Source: Eledone cirrhosa (taxonomy: Eukaryota). Taken from it: a stretch of DNA of 64,000 nt. Of the stretch, positions 27,930-42,900 are shown one piece after another. Every line of letters begins with the position of its first letter. The first letter of the stretch is position 1. Under the pieces are notes generated by a model. It ran no database searches. It saw only the letters and a list, made by a program, of their open reading frames with translations, and was not told where the DNA came from. The stretch lies in NCBI GenBank assembly GCA_964016885.1, contig OZ024743.1, positions 45,322,001 through 45,386,000 on the forward strand, in the 5' to 3' direction. The translations under genes and the position numbers were made by a program.

Positions 27930-30900
27930 ACCCAAGTAGACCAACGGAACATTATGAGATTCTAGTCTATCACCCAAGTAGACCAACGGAACTTTATGAG
28001 ATTCTAGTCTATCACCCAAGTAGACCAACGGAAGTTTATGAGATTCTAGTCTATCACCCAAGTAGACCAACGGAACTTTATGAGATTCTAGTCTATCACC
28101 CAAGTAGGCTAACGGAACTTTATGAGATTCTAGTCTATCACCCAAGTAGACCAACGGAACTTTATGAGATTCTAGTCTATCACCCAAGTAGACCAACGGA
28201 ACTTTATGAGATTCTAGTCTATCACCCAAGTAGACCAACGGAACTTTATGAGATTCTAGTCTATCACCCAAGTAGGCTAACGGAACTTTATGAGATTCTA
28301 GTCTATCACCCAAGTAGACCAACGGAACTTTATGAGATTCTAGTCTATCACCCAAGTAGACCAACGGAACTTTATGAGATTCTAGTCTATCACCCAAGTA
28401 GGCTAACGGAACTTTATGAGATTCTAGTCTATCACCCAAGTAGACCAACGGAACTTTATGAGATTCTAGTCTATCACCCAAGTAGACCAACGGAACTTTA
28501 TGAGATTCTAGTCTATCACACAAGTAGGCTAACAGAACTTTATGAGATTCTAGTCTATCACCCAAGTAGACCAACGGAACATTATGAGATTCTAGTCTAT
28601 CACCCAAGTAGACCAACGGAACATTATGAGATTCTAGTCTATCACCCAAGTAGGCTAACGGAACTTTATGAGATTCTAGTCTATCACCCAAGTAGACCAA
28701 CGGAACATTATGAGATTCTAGTCTATCACCCAAGTAGACCAACGGAACTTTATGAGATTCTAGTCTATCACCCAAGTAGACCAACGGAACTTTATGAGAT
28801 TCTAGTCTATCACCCAAGTAGGCTAACAGAACGTTATGAGATTCTAGTCTATCACCCAAGTAGGCTAACAGAACGTTATGAGATTCTAGTCTATCACCCA
28901 AGTAGGCTAACAGAACTTTATGAGATTCTAGTCTATCACCCAAGTAGGCTAACAGAACTTTATGAGATTCTAGTCTATCACCCAAGTAGGCTAACAGAAC
29001 TTTATGAGATTCTAGTCTATCACCCAAGTAGGCTAACAGAACTTTATGAGATTCTAGTCTATCACCCAAGTAGGCTAACAGAACGTTATGAGATTCTAGT
29101 CTATCACCCAAGTAGGCTAACAGAACTTTATGAGATTCTAGTCTATCACCCAAGTAGACCAACAGAACATTATGAGATTCTAGTCTATCACCCAAGTAGG
29201 CTAACAGAACGTTATGAGATTCTAGTCTATCACCCAAGTAGGCTAACAGAACGTTATGAGATTCTAGTCTATCACCCAAGTAGGCTAACAGAACTTTATG
29301 AGATTCTAGTCTATCACCCAAGTAGGCTAACAGAACGTTATGAGATTCTAGTCTATCACCCAAGTAGGCTAACAGAACTTTATGAGATTCTAGTCTATCA
29401 CCCAAGTAGACCAACAGAACATTATGAGATTCTAGTCTATCACCCAAGTAGGCTAACAGAACGTTATGAGATTCTAGTCTATCACCCAAGTAGGCTAACA
29501 GAACTTTATGAGATTCTAGTCTATCACCCAAGTAGGCTAACAGAACTTTATGAGATTCTAGTCTATCACCCAAGTAGGCTAACAGAACGTTATGAGATTC
29601 TAGTCTATCACCCAAGTAGGCCAACAGAACGTTATGAGATTCTAGTCTATCACCCAAGTAGACCAACGGAACTTTATGAGATTCTAGTCTATCACCCAAG
29701 TAGACCAACGGAACTTTATGAGATTCTAGTCTATCACCCAAGTAGACCAACAGAACATTATGAGATTCTAGTCTATCACCCAAGTAGGCTAACAGAACGT
29801 TATGAGATTCTAGTCTATCACCCAAGTAGACCAACAGAACTTTATGAGATTCTAGTCTATCACCCAAGTAGACCAACGGAACTTTATGATATTCTAGTCT
29901 ATCACCCAAGTAGACCAACAGAACTTTATGAGATTCTAGTCTATCACCCAAGTAGACCAACAGAACTTTATGAGATTCTAGTCTATCACCCAAGTAGACC
30001 AACGGAACTTTATGAGATTCTAGTCTATCACCCAAGTAGGCTAACAGAACTTTATGAGATTCTAGTCTATCACCCAAGTAGGCTAACAGAACTTTATGAG
30101 ATTCTAGTCTATCACCCAAGTAGGCCAACAGAACGTTATGAGATTCTAGTCTATCACCCAAGTAGACCAACGGAACTTTATGAGATTCTAGTCTATCACC
30201 CAAGTAGACCAACGGAACTTTATGAGATTCTAGTCTATCACCCAAGTAGGCTAACAGAACTTTATGAGATTCTAGTCTATCACCCAAGTAGACCAACGGA
30301 ACTTTATGAGATTCTAGTCTATCACCCAAGTAGGCTAACAGAACTTTATGAGATTCTAGTCTATCACCCAAGTAGGCCAACAGAACGTTATGAGATTCTA
30401 GTCTATCACCCAAGTAGACCAACGGAACTTTATGAGATTCTAGTCTATCACCCAAGTAGGCTAACAGAACTTTATGAGATTCTAGTCTATCACCCAAGTA
30501 GGCTAACAGAACGTTATGAGATTCTAGTCTATCACCCAAGTAGACCAACGGAACTTTATGAGATTCTAGTCTATCACCCAAGTAGACCAACGGAACTTTA
30601 TGAGATTCTAGTCTATCACCCAAGTAGGCTAACAGAACTTTATGAGATTCTAGTCTATCACCCAAGTAGGCTAACAGAACTTTATGAGATTCTAGTCTAT
30701 CACCCAAGTAGGCTAACAGAACGTTATGAGATTCTAGTCTATCACCCAAGTAGACCAACGGAACTTTATGAGATTCTAGTCTATCACCCAAGTAGACCAA
30801 CGGAACTTTATGAGATTCTAGTCTATCACCCAAGTAGGCTAACAGAACTTTATGAGATTCTAGTCTATCACCCAAGTAGGCTAACAGAACTTTATGAGAT

Positions 30901-33900
30901 TCTAGTCTATCACCCAAGTAGGCCAACAGAACGTTATGAGATTCTAGTCTATCACCCAAGTAGACCAACGGAACTTTATGAGATTCTAGTCTATCACCCA
31001 AGTAGGCCAACAGAACGTTATGAGATTCTAGTCTATCACCCAAGTAGGCCAACGGAACTTTATGAGATTCTAGTCTATCACCCAAGTAGACCAACGGAAC
31101 TTTATGAGATTCTAGTCTATCACCCAAGTAGGCTAACAGAACGTTATGAGATTCTAGTCTATCACCCAAGTAGACCAACGGAACTTTATGAGATTCTAGT
31201 CTGTCACCCAAGAAGGCTAACGGAACTTTATGAGATTCTAGTCTATCACCCAAGTAGACCAACGGAACTTTATGAGATTCTAGTCTATGAACCCAAGTAG
31301 GCTAACGGAACTTTATGAGATTCTAGTCTATCACCCAAGTAGACCAACGGAACTTTATGAGATTCTAGTCTGTCACCCAAGAAGGCTAACGGAACTTTAT
31401 GAGATTCTAGTCTATCACCCAAGTAGACCAACGGAACTTTATGAGATTCTAGTCTGTCACCCAAGAAGGCTAACGGAACTTTATGAGATTCTAGTCTATC
31501 ACCCAAGTAGACCAACGGAACTTTATGAGATTCTAGTCTGTCACCCAAGAAGGCTAACGGAACTTTATGAGATTCTAGTCTATCACCCAAGTAGACCAAC
31601 GGAACTTTATGAGATTCTAGTCTATGAACCCAAGTAGGCTAACGGAACTTTATGAGATTCTAGTCTATCACCCAAGTAGACCAACGGAACTTTATGAGAT
31701 TCTAGTCTATCACCCAAGTAGGCTAACGGAACTTTATGAGATTCTAGTCTATCACCCAAGTAGACCAACGGAACTTTATGAGATTCTAGTCTATCACCCA
31801 AGTAGACCAATGGAACTTTATGAGATTCTAGTCTATCACCCAAGTAGACCAATGGAACTTTATGAGATTCTAGTCTATCACCCAAGTAGGCTAACGGAAC
31901 TTTATGAGATTCTAGTCTATCACCCAAGTAGACCAACGGAACTTTATGAGATTCTAGTCTGTCACCCAAGAAGGCTAACAGAACGTTATGAGATTCTAGT
32001 CTATCACCCAAGTAGACCAACGGAACTTTATGAGATTCTAGTCTATCACCCAAGTAGACCAACGGAACTTTATGAGATTCTAGTCTATCACCCAAGTAGG
32101 CTAACGGAACTTTATGAGATTCTAGTCTATCACCCAAGTAGACCAACGGAACTTTATGAGATTCTAGTCTATCACCCAAGTAGACCAACGGAACTTTATG
32201 AGATTCTAGTCTATCACCCAAGTAGACCAACGGAACTTTATGAGATTCTAGTCTGTCACCCAAGAAGGCTAACAGAACGTTATGAGATTCTAGTCTATCA
32301 CCCAAGTAGACCAACGGAACTTTATGAGATTCTAGTCTATCACCCAAGTAGACCAACGGAACTTTATGAGATTCTAGTCTATCACCCAAGTAGACCAACG
32401 GAACTTTATGAGATTCTAGTCTATCACCCAAGTAGGCTAACGGAACTTTATGAGATTCTAGTCTATCACCCAAGTAGACCAACGGAACTTTATGAGATTC
32501 TAGTCTATCACCCAAGTAGACCAACGGAACTTTATGAGATTCTAGTCTATCACCCAAGTAGACCAACGGAACTTTATGAGATTCTAGTCTATCACCCAAG
32601 TAGGCTAACAGAACTTTATGAGATTCTAGTCTATCACCCAAGTAGGCTAACAGAACTTTATGAGATTCTAGTCTATCACCCAAGTAGGCCAACAGAACGT
32701 TATGAGATTCTAGTCTATCACCCAAGTAGACCAACGGAACTTTATGAGATTCTAGTCTATCACCCAAGTAGGCCAACAGAACGTTATGAGATTCTAGTCT
32801 ATCACCCAAGTAGGCCAACGGAACTTTATGAGATTCTAGTCTATCACCCAAGTAGACCAACGGAACTTTATGAGATTCTAGTCTATCACCCAAGTAGGCT
32901 AACAGAACGTTATGAGATTCTAGTCTATCACCCAAGTAGACCAACGGAACTTTATGAGATTCTAGTCTGTCACCCAAGAAGGCTAACGGAACTTTATGAG
33001 ATTCTAGTCTATCACCCAAGTAGACCAACGGAACTTTATGAGATTCTAGTCTATGAACCCAAGTAGGCTAACGGAACTTTATGAGATTCTAGTCTATCAC
33101 CCAAGTAGACCAACGGAACTTTATGAGATTCTAGTCTGTCACCCAAGAAGGCTAACGGAACTTTATGAGATTCTAGTCTATCACCCAAGTAGACCAACGG
33201 AACTTTATGAGATTCTAGTCTGTCACCCAAGAAGGCTAACGGAACTTTATGAGATTCTAGTCTATCACCCAAGTAGACCAACGGAACTTTATGAGATTCT
33301 AGTCTGTCACCCAAGAAGGCTAACGGAACTTTATGAGATTCTAGTCTATCACCCAAGTAGACCAACGGAACTTTATGAGATTCTAGTCTATGAACCCAAG
33401 TAGGCTAACGGAACTTTATGAGATTCTAGTCTATCACCCAAGTAGACCAACGGAACTTTATGAGATTCTAGTCTATCACCCAAGTAGGCTAACGGAACTT
33501 TATGAGATTCTAGTCTATCACCCAAGTAGACCAACGGAACTTTATGAGATTCTAGTCTATCACCCAAGTAGACCAATGGAACTTTATGAGATTCTAGTCT
33601 ATCACCCAAGTAGACCAATGGAACTTTATGAGATTCTAGTCTATCACCCAAGTAGGCTAACGGAACTTTATGAGATTCTAGTCTATCACCCAAGTAGACC
33701 AACGGAACTTTATGAGATTCTAGTCTGTCACCCAAGAAGGCTAACAGAACGTTATGAGATTCTAGTCTATCACCCAAGTAGACCAACGGAACTTTATGAG
33801 ATTCTAGTCTATCACCCAAGTAGACCAACGGAACTTTATGAGATTCTAGTCTATCACCCAAGTAGGCTAACGGAACTTTATGAGATTCTAGTCTATCACC

Positions 33901-36900
33901 CAAGTAGACCAACGGAACTTTATGAGATTCTAGTCTATCACCCAAGTAGACCAACGGAACTTTATGAGATTCTAGTCTATCACCCAAGTAGACCAACGGA
34001 ACTTTATGAGATTCTAGTCTGTCACCCAAGAAGGCTAACAGAACGTTATGAGATTCTAGTCTATCACCCAAGTAGACCAACGGAACTTTATGAGATTCTA
34101 GTCTATCACCCAAGTAGACCAACGGAACTTTATGAGATTCTAGTCTATCACCCAAGTAGACCAACGGAACTTTATGAGATTCTAGTCTATCACCCAAGTA
34201 GGCTAACGGAACTTTATGAGATTCTAGTCTATCACCCAAGTAGACCAACGGAACTTTATGAGATTCTAGTCTATCACCCAAGTAGACCAACGGAACTTTA
34301 TGAGATTCTAGTCTATCACCCAAGTAGACCAACGGAACTTTATGAGATTCTAGTCTATCACCCAAGTAGGCTAACGGAACTTTATGAGATTCTAGTCTAT
34401 CACCCAAGTAGACCAACGGAACATTATGAGATTCTAGTCTATCACCCAAGTAGACCAACGGAACTTTATGAGATTCTAGTCTATCACCCAAGTAGACCAA
34501 CGGAACTTTATGAGATTCTAGTCTATCACCCAAGTAGGCTAACAGAACTTTATGAGATTCTAGTCTATCACCCAAGTAGACCAACGGAACTTTATGAGAT
34601 TCTAGTCTATCACCCAAGTAGACCAACGGAACATTATGAGATTCTAGTCTATCACCCAAGTAGACCAACGGAACTTTATGAGATTCTAGTCTATCACCCA
34701 AGTAGACCAACGGAACTTTATGAGATTCTAGTCTATCACCCAAGTAGGCTAACAGAACGTTATGAGATTCTAGTCTATCACCCAAGTAGGCTAACAGAAC
34801 TTTATGAGATTCTAGTCTATCACCCAAGTAGGCTAACAGAACGTTATGAGATTCTAGTCTATCACCCAAGTAGGCTAACACAACTTTATGAGATTCTAGT
34901 CTATCACCCAAGTAGACCAACAGAACATTATGAGATTCTAGTCTATCACCCAAGTAGACCAACGGAGCTTTATGAGATTCTAGTCTATCACCCAAGTAGG
35001 CTAACAGAACTTTATGAGATTCTAGTCTATCACCCAAGTAGGCTAACAGAACGTTATGAGATTCTAGTCTATCACCCAAGTAGGCTAACAGAACTTTATG
35101 AGATTCTAGTCTATCACCCAAGTAGGCTAACAGAACGTTATGAGATTCTAGTCTATCACCCAAGTAGAGCAACGGAACTTTATGAGATTCTAGTCTGTCA
35201 CCCAAGAAGGCTAACGGAACTTTATGAGATTCTAGTCTATTACCCAAGTAGACCAACGGAACTTTATGAGATTCTAGTCTATCACCCAAGTAGACCAACG
35301 GAACTTTATGAGATTCTAGTCTGTCACCCAAGTAGGCTAACGGAACTTTATGAGATTCTAGTCTATCACCCAAGTAGACCAACGGAACTTTATGAGATTC
35401 TAGTCTATCACCCAAGTAGACCAACGGAACTTTATGAGATTCTAGTTTGTCACCCAAGTAGGCTAACGGAACTTTATGAGATTCTAGTCTATCACCCAAG
35501 TAGACCAACGGAACTTTATGAGATTCTAGTCTATCACCCAAGTAGACCAACGGAACTTTATGAGATTCTAGTCTATCACCCAAGTAGACCAACGGAACTT
35601 TATGAGATTCTAGTCTATCACCCAAGTAGACCAACGGAACTTTATGAGATTCTAGTCTATCACCCAAGTAGGCTAACGGAACTTTATGATATTCTAGTCT
35701 ATCACACAAGTAGACCAACGGAACTTTATGAGATTCTAGTCTATGAACCCAAGTAGGCTAACGGAACTTTATGAGATTCTAGTCTATCACCCAAGTAGAC
35801 CAACGGAACTTTATGAGATTCTTGTCTATCGCCCAAGTAGGCCAACGGAACTTTATGAGATTCTAGTCTATCACCCAAGTAGACCAACGGAACTTTATGA
35901 GATTCTAGTCTGTCACCCAAGAAGGCTAACGGAACTTTATGAGATTCTAGTCTATCACCCAAGTAGACCAACGGAACTATATGAGATTCTAGTCTATGAA
36001 CCCAAGTAGGCTAACGGAACTTTATGAGATTCTAGTCTATCACCCAAGTAGACCAACGGAACTTTATGAGATTCTAGTCTATCACCCAAGTAGGCTAACG
36101 GAACTTTATGAGATTCTAGTCTATCACCCAAGTAGACCAACGGAACTTTATGAGATTCTAGTCTATCACCCAAGTAGACCAACGGAACTTTATGAGATTC
36201 TAGTCTATCACCCAAGTAGACCAACGGAACTTTATGAGATTCTAGTCTATCACCCAAGTAGGCTAACGGAACTTTATGAGATTCTAGTCTATCACCCAAG
36301 TAGACCAACAGAACTTTATGAGATTCTAGTCTATCACCCAAGTAGACCAACGGAACTTTATGAGATTCTAGTCTATCACCCAAGTAGGCTAACAGAACTT
36401 TATGAGATTCTAGTCTATCACCCAAGTAGGCTAACGGAACTTTATGAGATTCTAGTCTATCACCCAAGTAGACCAACGGAACTTTATGAGATTCTAGTCT
36501 ATCACCCAAGTAGACCAACGGAACTTTATGAGATTCTAGTCTATCACCCAAGTAGACCAACGGAACTTTATGAGATTCTAGTCTATCACCCAAGTAGGCT
36601 AACGGAACTTTATGAGATTCTAGTCTATCACCCAAGTAGGCTAACGGAACTTTATGAGATTCTAGTCTATCACCCAAGTAGGCTAACAGAACTTTATGAG
36701 ATTCTAGTCTATCACCCAAGTAGACCAACGGAACTTTATGAGATTCTAGTCTATCACCCAAGTAGACCAACGGAACTTTATGAGATTCTAGTCTATCACC
36801 CAAGTAGACCAACGGAACTTTATGAGATTCTAGTCTATCACCCAAGTAGGCTAACGGAACTTTATGAGATTCTAGTCTATCACCCAAGTAGGCTAACGGA

Positions 36901-39900
36901 ACTTTATGAGATTCTAGTCTATCACCCAAGTAGGCTAACGGAACTTTATGAGATTCTAGTCTATCACCCAAGTAGACCAACGGAACATTATGAGATTCTA
37001 GTCTATCACCCAAGTAGACCAACGGAACTTTATGAGATTCTAGTCTATCACCCAAGTAGACCAACGGAACTTTATGAGATTCTAGTCTATCACCCAAGTA
37101 GGCTAACAGAACGTTATGAGATTCTAGTCTATCACCCAAGTAGGCTAACAGAACTTTATGAGATTCTAGTCTATCACCCAAGTAGGCTAACAGAACGTTA
37201 TGCGATTCTAGTCTATCACCCAAGTAGACCAACGGAACTTTATGAGATTCTAGTCTATCACCCAAGTAGGCTAACGGAACTTTATGAGATTCTAGTCTAT
37301 CACCCAAGTAGACCAACGGAACTTTATGAGATTCTAGTCTATCACCCAAGTAGACCAACGGAACTTTATGAGATTCTAGTCTATCACCCAAGTAGACCAA
37401 CGGAACTTTATGAGATTCTAGTCTATCACCCAAGTAGGCTAACGGAACTTTATGAGATTCTAGTCTATCACCCAAGTAGACCAACGGAACATTATGAGAT
37501 TCTAGTCTATCACCCAAGTAGACCAACGGAACTTTATGAGATTCTAGTCTATCACCCAAGTAGACCAACGGAACTTTATGAGATTCTAGTCTATCACCCA
37601 AGTAGGCTAACAGAACTTTATGAGATTCTAGTCTATCACCCAAGTAGACCAACGGAACTTTATGAGATTCTAGTCTATCACCCAAGTAGACCAACGGAAC
37701 ATTATGAGATTCTAGTCTATCACCCAAGTAGACCAACGGAACTTTATGAGATTCTAGTCTATCACCCAAGTAGACCAACGGAACTTTATGAGATTCTAGT
37801 CTATCACCCAAGTAGGCTAACAGAACTTTATGAGATTCTAGTCTATCACCCAAGTAGGCTAACAGAACGTTATGCGATTCTAGTCTATCACCCAAGTAGA
37901 CCAACGGAACTTTATGAGATTCTAGTCTATCACCCAAGTAGGCTAACGGAACTTTATGAGATTCTAGTCTATCACCCAAGTAGACCAACGGAACTTTATG
38001 AGATTCTAGTCTATCACCCAAGTAGACCAACGGAACTTTATGAGATTCTAGTCTATCACCCAAGTAGACCAACGGAACATTATGAGATTCTAGTCTATCA
38101 CCCAAGTAGACCAACGGAACTTTATGAGATTCTAGTCTATCACCCAAGTAGACCAACGGAAGTTTATGAGATTCTAGTCTATCACCCAAGTAGACCAACG
38201 GAACTTTATGAGATTCTAGTCTATCACCCAAGTAGGCTAACGGAACTTTATGAGATTCTAGTCTATCACCCAAGTAGACCAACGGAACTTTATGAGATTC
38301 TAGTCTATCACCCAAGTAGACCAACGGAACTTTATGAGATTCTAGTCTATCACCCAAGTAGACCAACGGAACTTTATGAGATTCTAGTCTATCACCCAAG
38401 TAGGCTAACGGAACTTTATGAGATTCTAGTCTATCACCCAAGTAGACCAACGGAACTTTATGAGATTCTAGTCTATCACCCAAGTAGACCAACGGAACTT
38501 TATGAGATTCTAGTCTATCGCCCAAGTAGGCTAACGGAACTTTATGAGATTCTAGTCTATCACCCAAGTAGACCAACGGAACTTTATGAGATTCTAGTCT
38601 ATCACCCAAGTAGACCAACGGAACTTTATGAGATTCTAGTCTATCACACAAGTAGGCTAACAGAACTTTATGAGATTCTAGTCTATCACCCAAGTAGACC
38701 AACGGAACATTATGAGATTCTAGTCTATCACCCAAGTAGACCAACGGAACATTATGAGATTCTAGTCTATCACCCAAGTAGGCTAACGGAACTTTATGAG
38801 ATTCTAGTCTATCACCCAAGTAGACCAACGGAACATTATGAGATTCTAGTCTATCACCCAAGTAGACCAACGGAACTTTATGAGATTCTAGTCTATCACC
38901 CAAGTAGACCAACGGAACTTTATGAGATTCTAGTCTATCACCCAAGTAGGCTAACAGAACGTTATGAGATTCTAGTCTATCACCCAAGTAGGCTAACAGA
39001 ACGTTATGAGATTCTAGTCTATCACCCAAGTAGGCTAACAGAACTTTATGAGATTCTAGTCTATCACCCAAGTAGGCTAACAGAACTTTATGAGATTCTA
39101 GTCTATCACCCAAGTAGGCTAACAGAACTTTATGAGATTCTAGTCTATCACCCAAGTAGGCTAACAGAACTTTATGAGATTCTAGTCTATCACCCAAGTA
39201 GGCTAACAGAACGTTATGAGATTCTAGTCTATCACCCAAGTAGGCTAACAGAACTTTATGAGATTCTAGTCTATCACCCAAGTAGACCAACAGAACATTA
39301 TGAGATTCTAGTCTATCACCCAAGTAGGCTAACAGAACGTTATGAGATTCTAGTCTATCACCCAAGTAGGCTAACAGAACGTTATGAGATTCTAGTCTAT
39401 CACCCAAGTAGGCTAACAGAACTTTATGAGATTCTAGTCTATCACCCAAGTAGGCTAACAGAACGTTATGAGATTCTAGTCTATCACCCAAGTAGGCTAA
39501 CAGAACTTTATGAGATTCTAGTCTATCACCCAAGTAGACCAACAGAACATTATGAGATTCTAGTCTATCACCCAAGTAGGCTAACAGAACGTTATGAGAT
39601 TCTAGTCTATCACCCAAGTAGGCTAACAGAACTTTATGAGATTCTAGTCTATCACCCAAGTAGGCTAACAGAACTTTATGAGATTCTAGTCTATCACCCA
39701 AGTAGGCTAACAGAACGTTATGAGATTCTAGTCTATCACCCAAGTAGGCCAACAGAACGTTATGAGATTCTAGTCTATCACCCAAGTAGACCAACGGAAC
39801 TTTATGAGATTCTAGTCTATCACCCAAGTAGACCAACGGAACTTTATGAGATTCTAGTCTATCACCCAAGTAGACCAACAGAACATTATGAGATTCTAGT

Positions 39901-42900
39901 CTATCACCCAAGTAGGCTAACAGAACGTTATGAGATTCTAGTCTATCACCCAAGTAGACCAACAGAACTTTATGAGATTCTAGTCTATCACCCAAGTAGA
40001 CCAACGGAACTTTATGATATTCTAGTCTATCACCCAAGTAGACCAACAGAACTTTATGAGATTCTAGTCTATCACCCAAGTAGACCAACAGAACTTTATG
40101 AGATTCTAGTCTATCACCCAAGTAGACCAACGGAACTTTATGAGATTCTAGTCTATCACCCAAGTAGGCTAACAGAACTTTATGAGATTCTAGTCTATCA
40201 CCCAAGTAGGCTAACAGAACTTTATGAGATTCTAGTCTATCACCCAAGTAGGCCAACAGAACGTTATGAGATTCTAGTCTATCACCCAAGTAGACCAACG
40301 GAACTTTATGAGATTCTAGTCTATCACCCAAGTAGACCAACGGAACTTTATGAGATTCTAGTCTATCACCCAAGTAGGCTAACAGAACTTTATGAGATTC
40401 TAGTCTATCACCCAAGTAGACCAACGGAACTTTATGAGATTCTAGTCTATCACCCAAGTAGGCTAACAGAACTTTATGAGATTCTAGTCTATCACCCAAG
40501 TAGGCCAACAGAACGTTATGAGATTCTAGTCTATCACCCAAGTAGACCAACGGAACTTTATGAGATTCTAGTCTATCACCCAAGTAGGCTAACAGAACTT
40601 TATGAGATTCTAGTCTATCACCCAAGTAGGCTAACAGAACGTTATGAGATTCTAGTCTATCACCCAAGTAGACCAACGGAACTTTATGAGATTCTAGTCT
40701 ATCACCCAAGTAGACCAACGGAACTTTATGAGATTCTAGTCTATCACCCAAGTAGGCTAACAGAACTTTATGAGATTCTAGTCTATCACCCAAGTAGGCT
40801 AACAGAACTTTATGAGATTCTAGTCTATCACCCAAGTAGGCTAACAGAACGTTATGAGATTCTAGTCTATCACCCAAGTAGACCAACGGAACTTTATGAG
40901 ATTCTAGTCTATCACCCAAGTAGACCAACGGAACTTTATGAGATTCTAGTCTATCACCCAAGTAGGCTAACAGAACTTTATGAGATTCTAGTCTATCACC
41001 CAAGTAGGCTAACAGAACTTTATGAGATTCTAGTCTATCACCCAAGTAGGCCAACAGAACGTTATGAGATTCTAGTCTATCACCCAAGTAGACCAACGGA
41101 ACTTTATGAGATTCTAGTCTATCACCCAAGTAGGCCAACAGAACGTTATGAGATTCTAGTCTATCACCCAAGTAGGCCAACGGAACTTTATGAGATTCTA
41201 GTCTATCACCCAAGTAGACCAACGGAACTTTATGAGATTCTAGTCTATCACCCAAGTAGGCTAACAGAACGTTATGAGATTCTAGTCTATCACCCAAGTA
41301 GACCAACGGAACTTTATGAGATTCTAGTCTGTCACCCAAGAAGGCTAACGGAACTTTATGAGATTCTAGTCTATCACCCAAGTAGACCAACGGAACTTTA
41401 TGAGATTCTAGTCTATGAACCCAAGTAGGCTAACGGAACTTTATGAGATTCTAGTCTATCACCCAAGTAGACCAACGGAACTTTATGAGATTCTAGTCTG
41501 TCACCCAAGAAGGCTAACGGAACTTTATGAGATTCTAGTCTATCACCCAAGTAGACCAACGGAACTTTATGAGATTCTAGTCTGTCACCCAAGAAGGCTA
41601 ACGGAACTTTATGAGATTCTAGTCTATCACCCAAGTAGACCAACGGAACTTTATGAGATTCTAGTCTGTCACCCAAGAAGGCTAACGGAACTTTATGAGA
41701 TTCTAGTCTATCACCCAAGTAGACCAACGGAACTTTATGAGATTCTAGTCTATGAACCCAAGTAGGCTAACGGAACTTTATGAGATTCTAGTCTATCACC
41801 CAAGTAGACCAACGGAACTTTATGAGATTCTAGTCTATCACCCAAGTAGGCTAACGGAACTTTATGAGATTCTAGTCTATCACCCAAGTAGACCAACGGA
41901 ACTTTATGAGATTCTAGTCTATCACCCAAGTAGACCAATGGAACTTTATGAGATTCTAGTCTATCACCCAAGTAGACCAATGGAACTTTATGAGATTCTA
42001 GTCTATCACCCAAGTAGGCTAACGGAACTTTATGAGATTCTAGTCTATCACCCAAGTAGACCAACGGAACTTTATGAGATTCTAGTCTGTCACCCAAGAA
42101 GGCTAACAGAACGTTATGAGATTCTAGTCTATCACCCAAGTAGACCAACGGAACTTTATGAGATTCTAGTCTATCACCCAAGTAGACCAACGGAACTTTA
42201 TGAGATTCTAGTCTATCACCCAAGTAGGCTAACGGAACTTTATGAGATTCTAGTCTATCACCCAAGTAGACCAACGGAACTTTATGAGATTCTAGTCTAT
42301 CACCCAAGTAGACCAACGGAACTTTATGAGATTCTAGTCTATCACCCAAGTAGACCAACGGAACTTTATGAGATTCTAGTCTGTCACCCAAGAAGGCTAA
42401 CAGAACGTTATGAGATTCTAGTCTATCACCCAAGTAGACCAACGGAACTTTATGAGATTCTAGTCTATCACCCAAGTAGACCAACGGAACTTTATGAGAT
42501 TCTAGTCTATCACCCAAGTAGACCAACGGAACTTTATGAGATTCTAGTCTATCACCCAAGTAGGCTAACGGAACTTTATGAGATTCTAGTCTATCACCCA
42601 AGTAGACCAACGGAACTTTATGAGATTCTAGTCTATCACCCAAGTAGACCAACGGAACTTTATGAGATTCTAGTCTATCACCCAAGTAGACCAACGGAAC
42701 TTTATGAGATTCTAGTCTATCACCCAAGTAGGCTAACGGAACTTTATGAGATTCTAGTCTATCACCCAAGTAGACCAACGGAACATTATGAGATTCTAGT
42801 CTATCACCCAAGTAGACCAACGGAACTTTATGAGATTCTAGTCTATCACCCAAGTAGACCAACGGAACTTTATGAGATTCTAGTCTATCACCCAAGTAGG

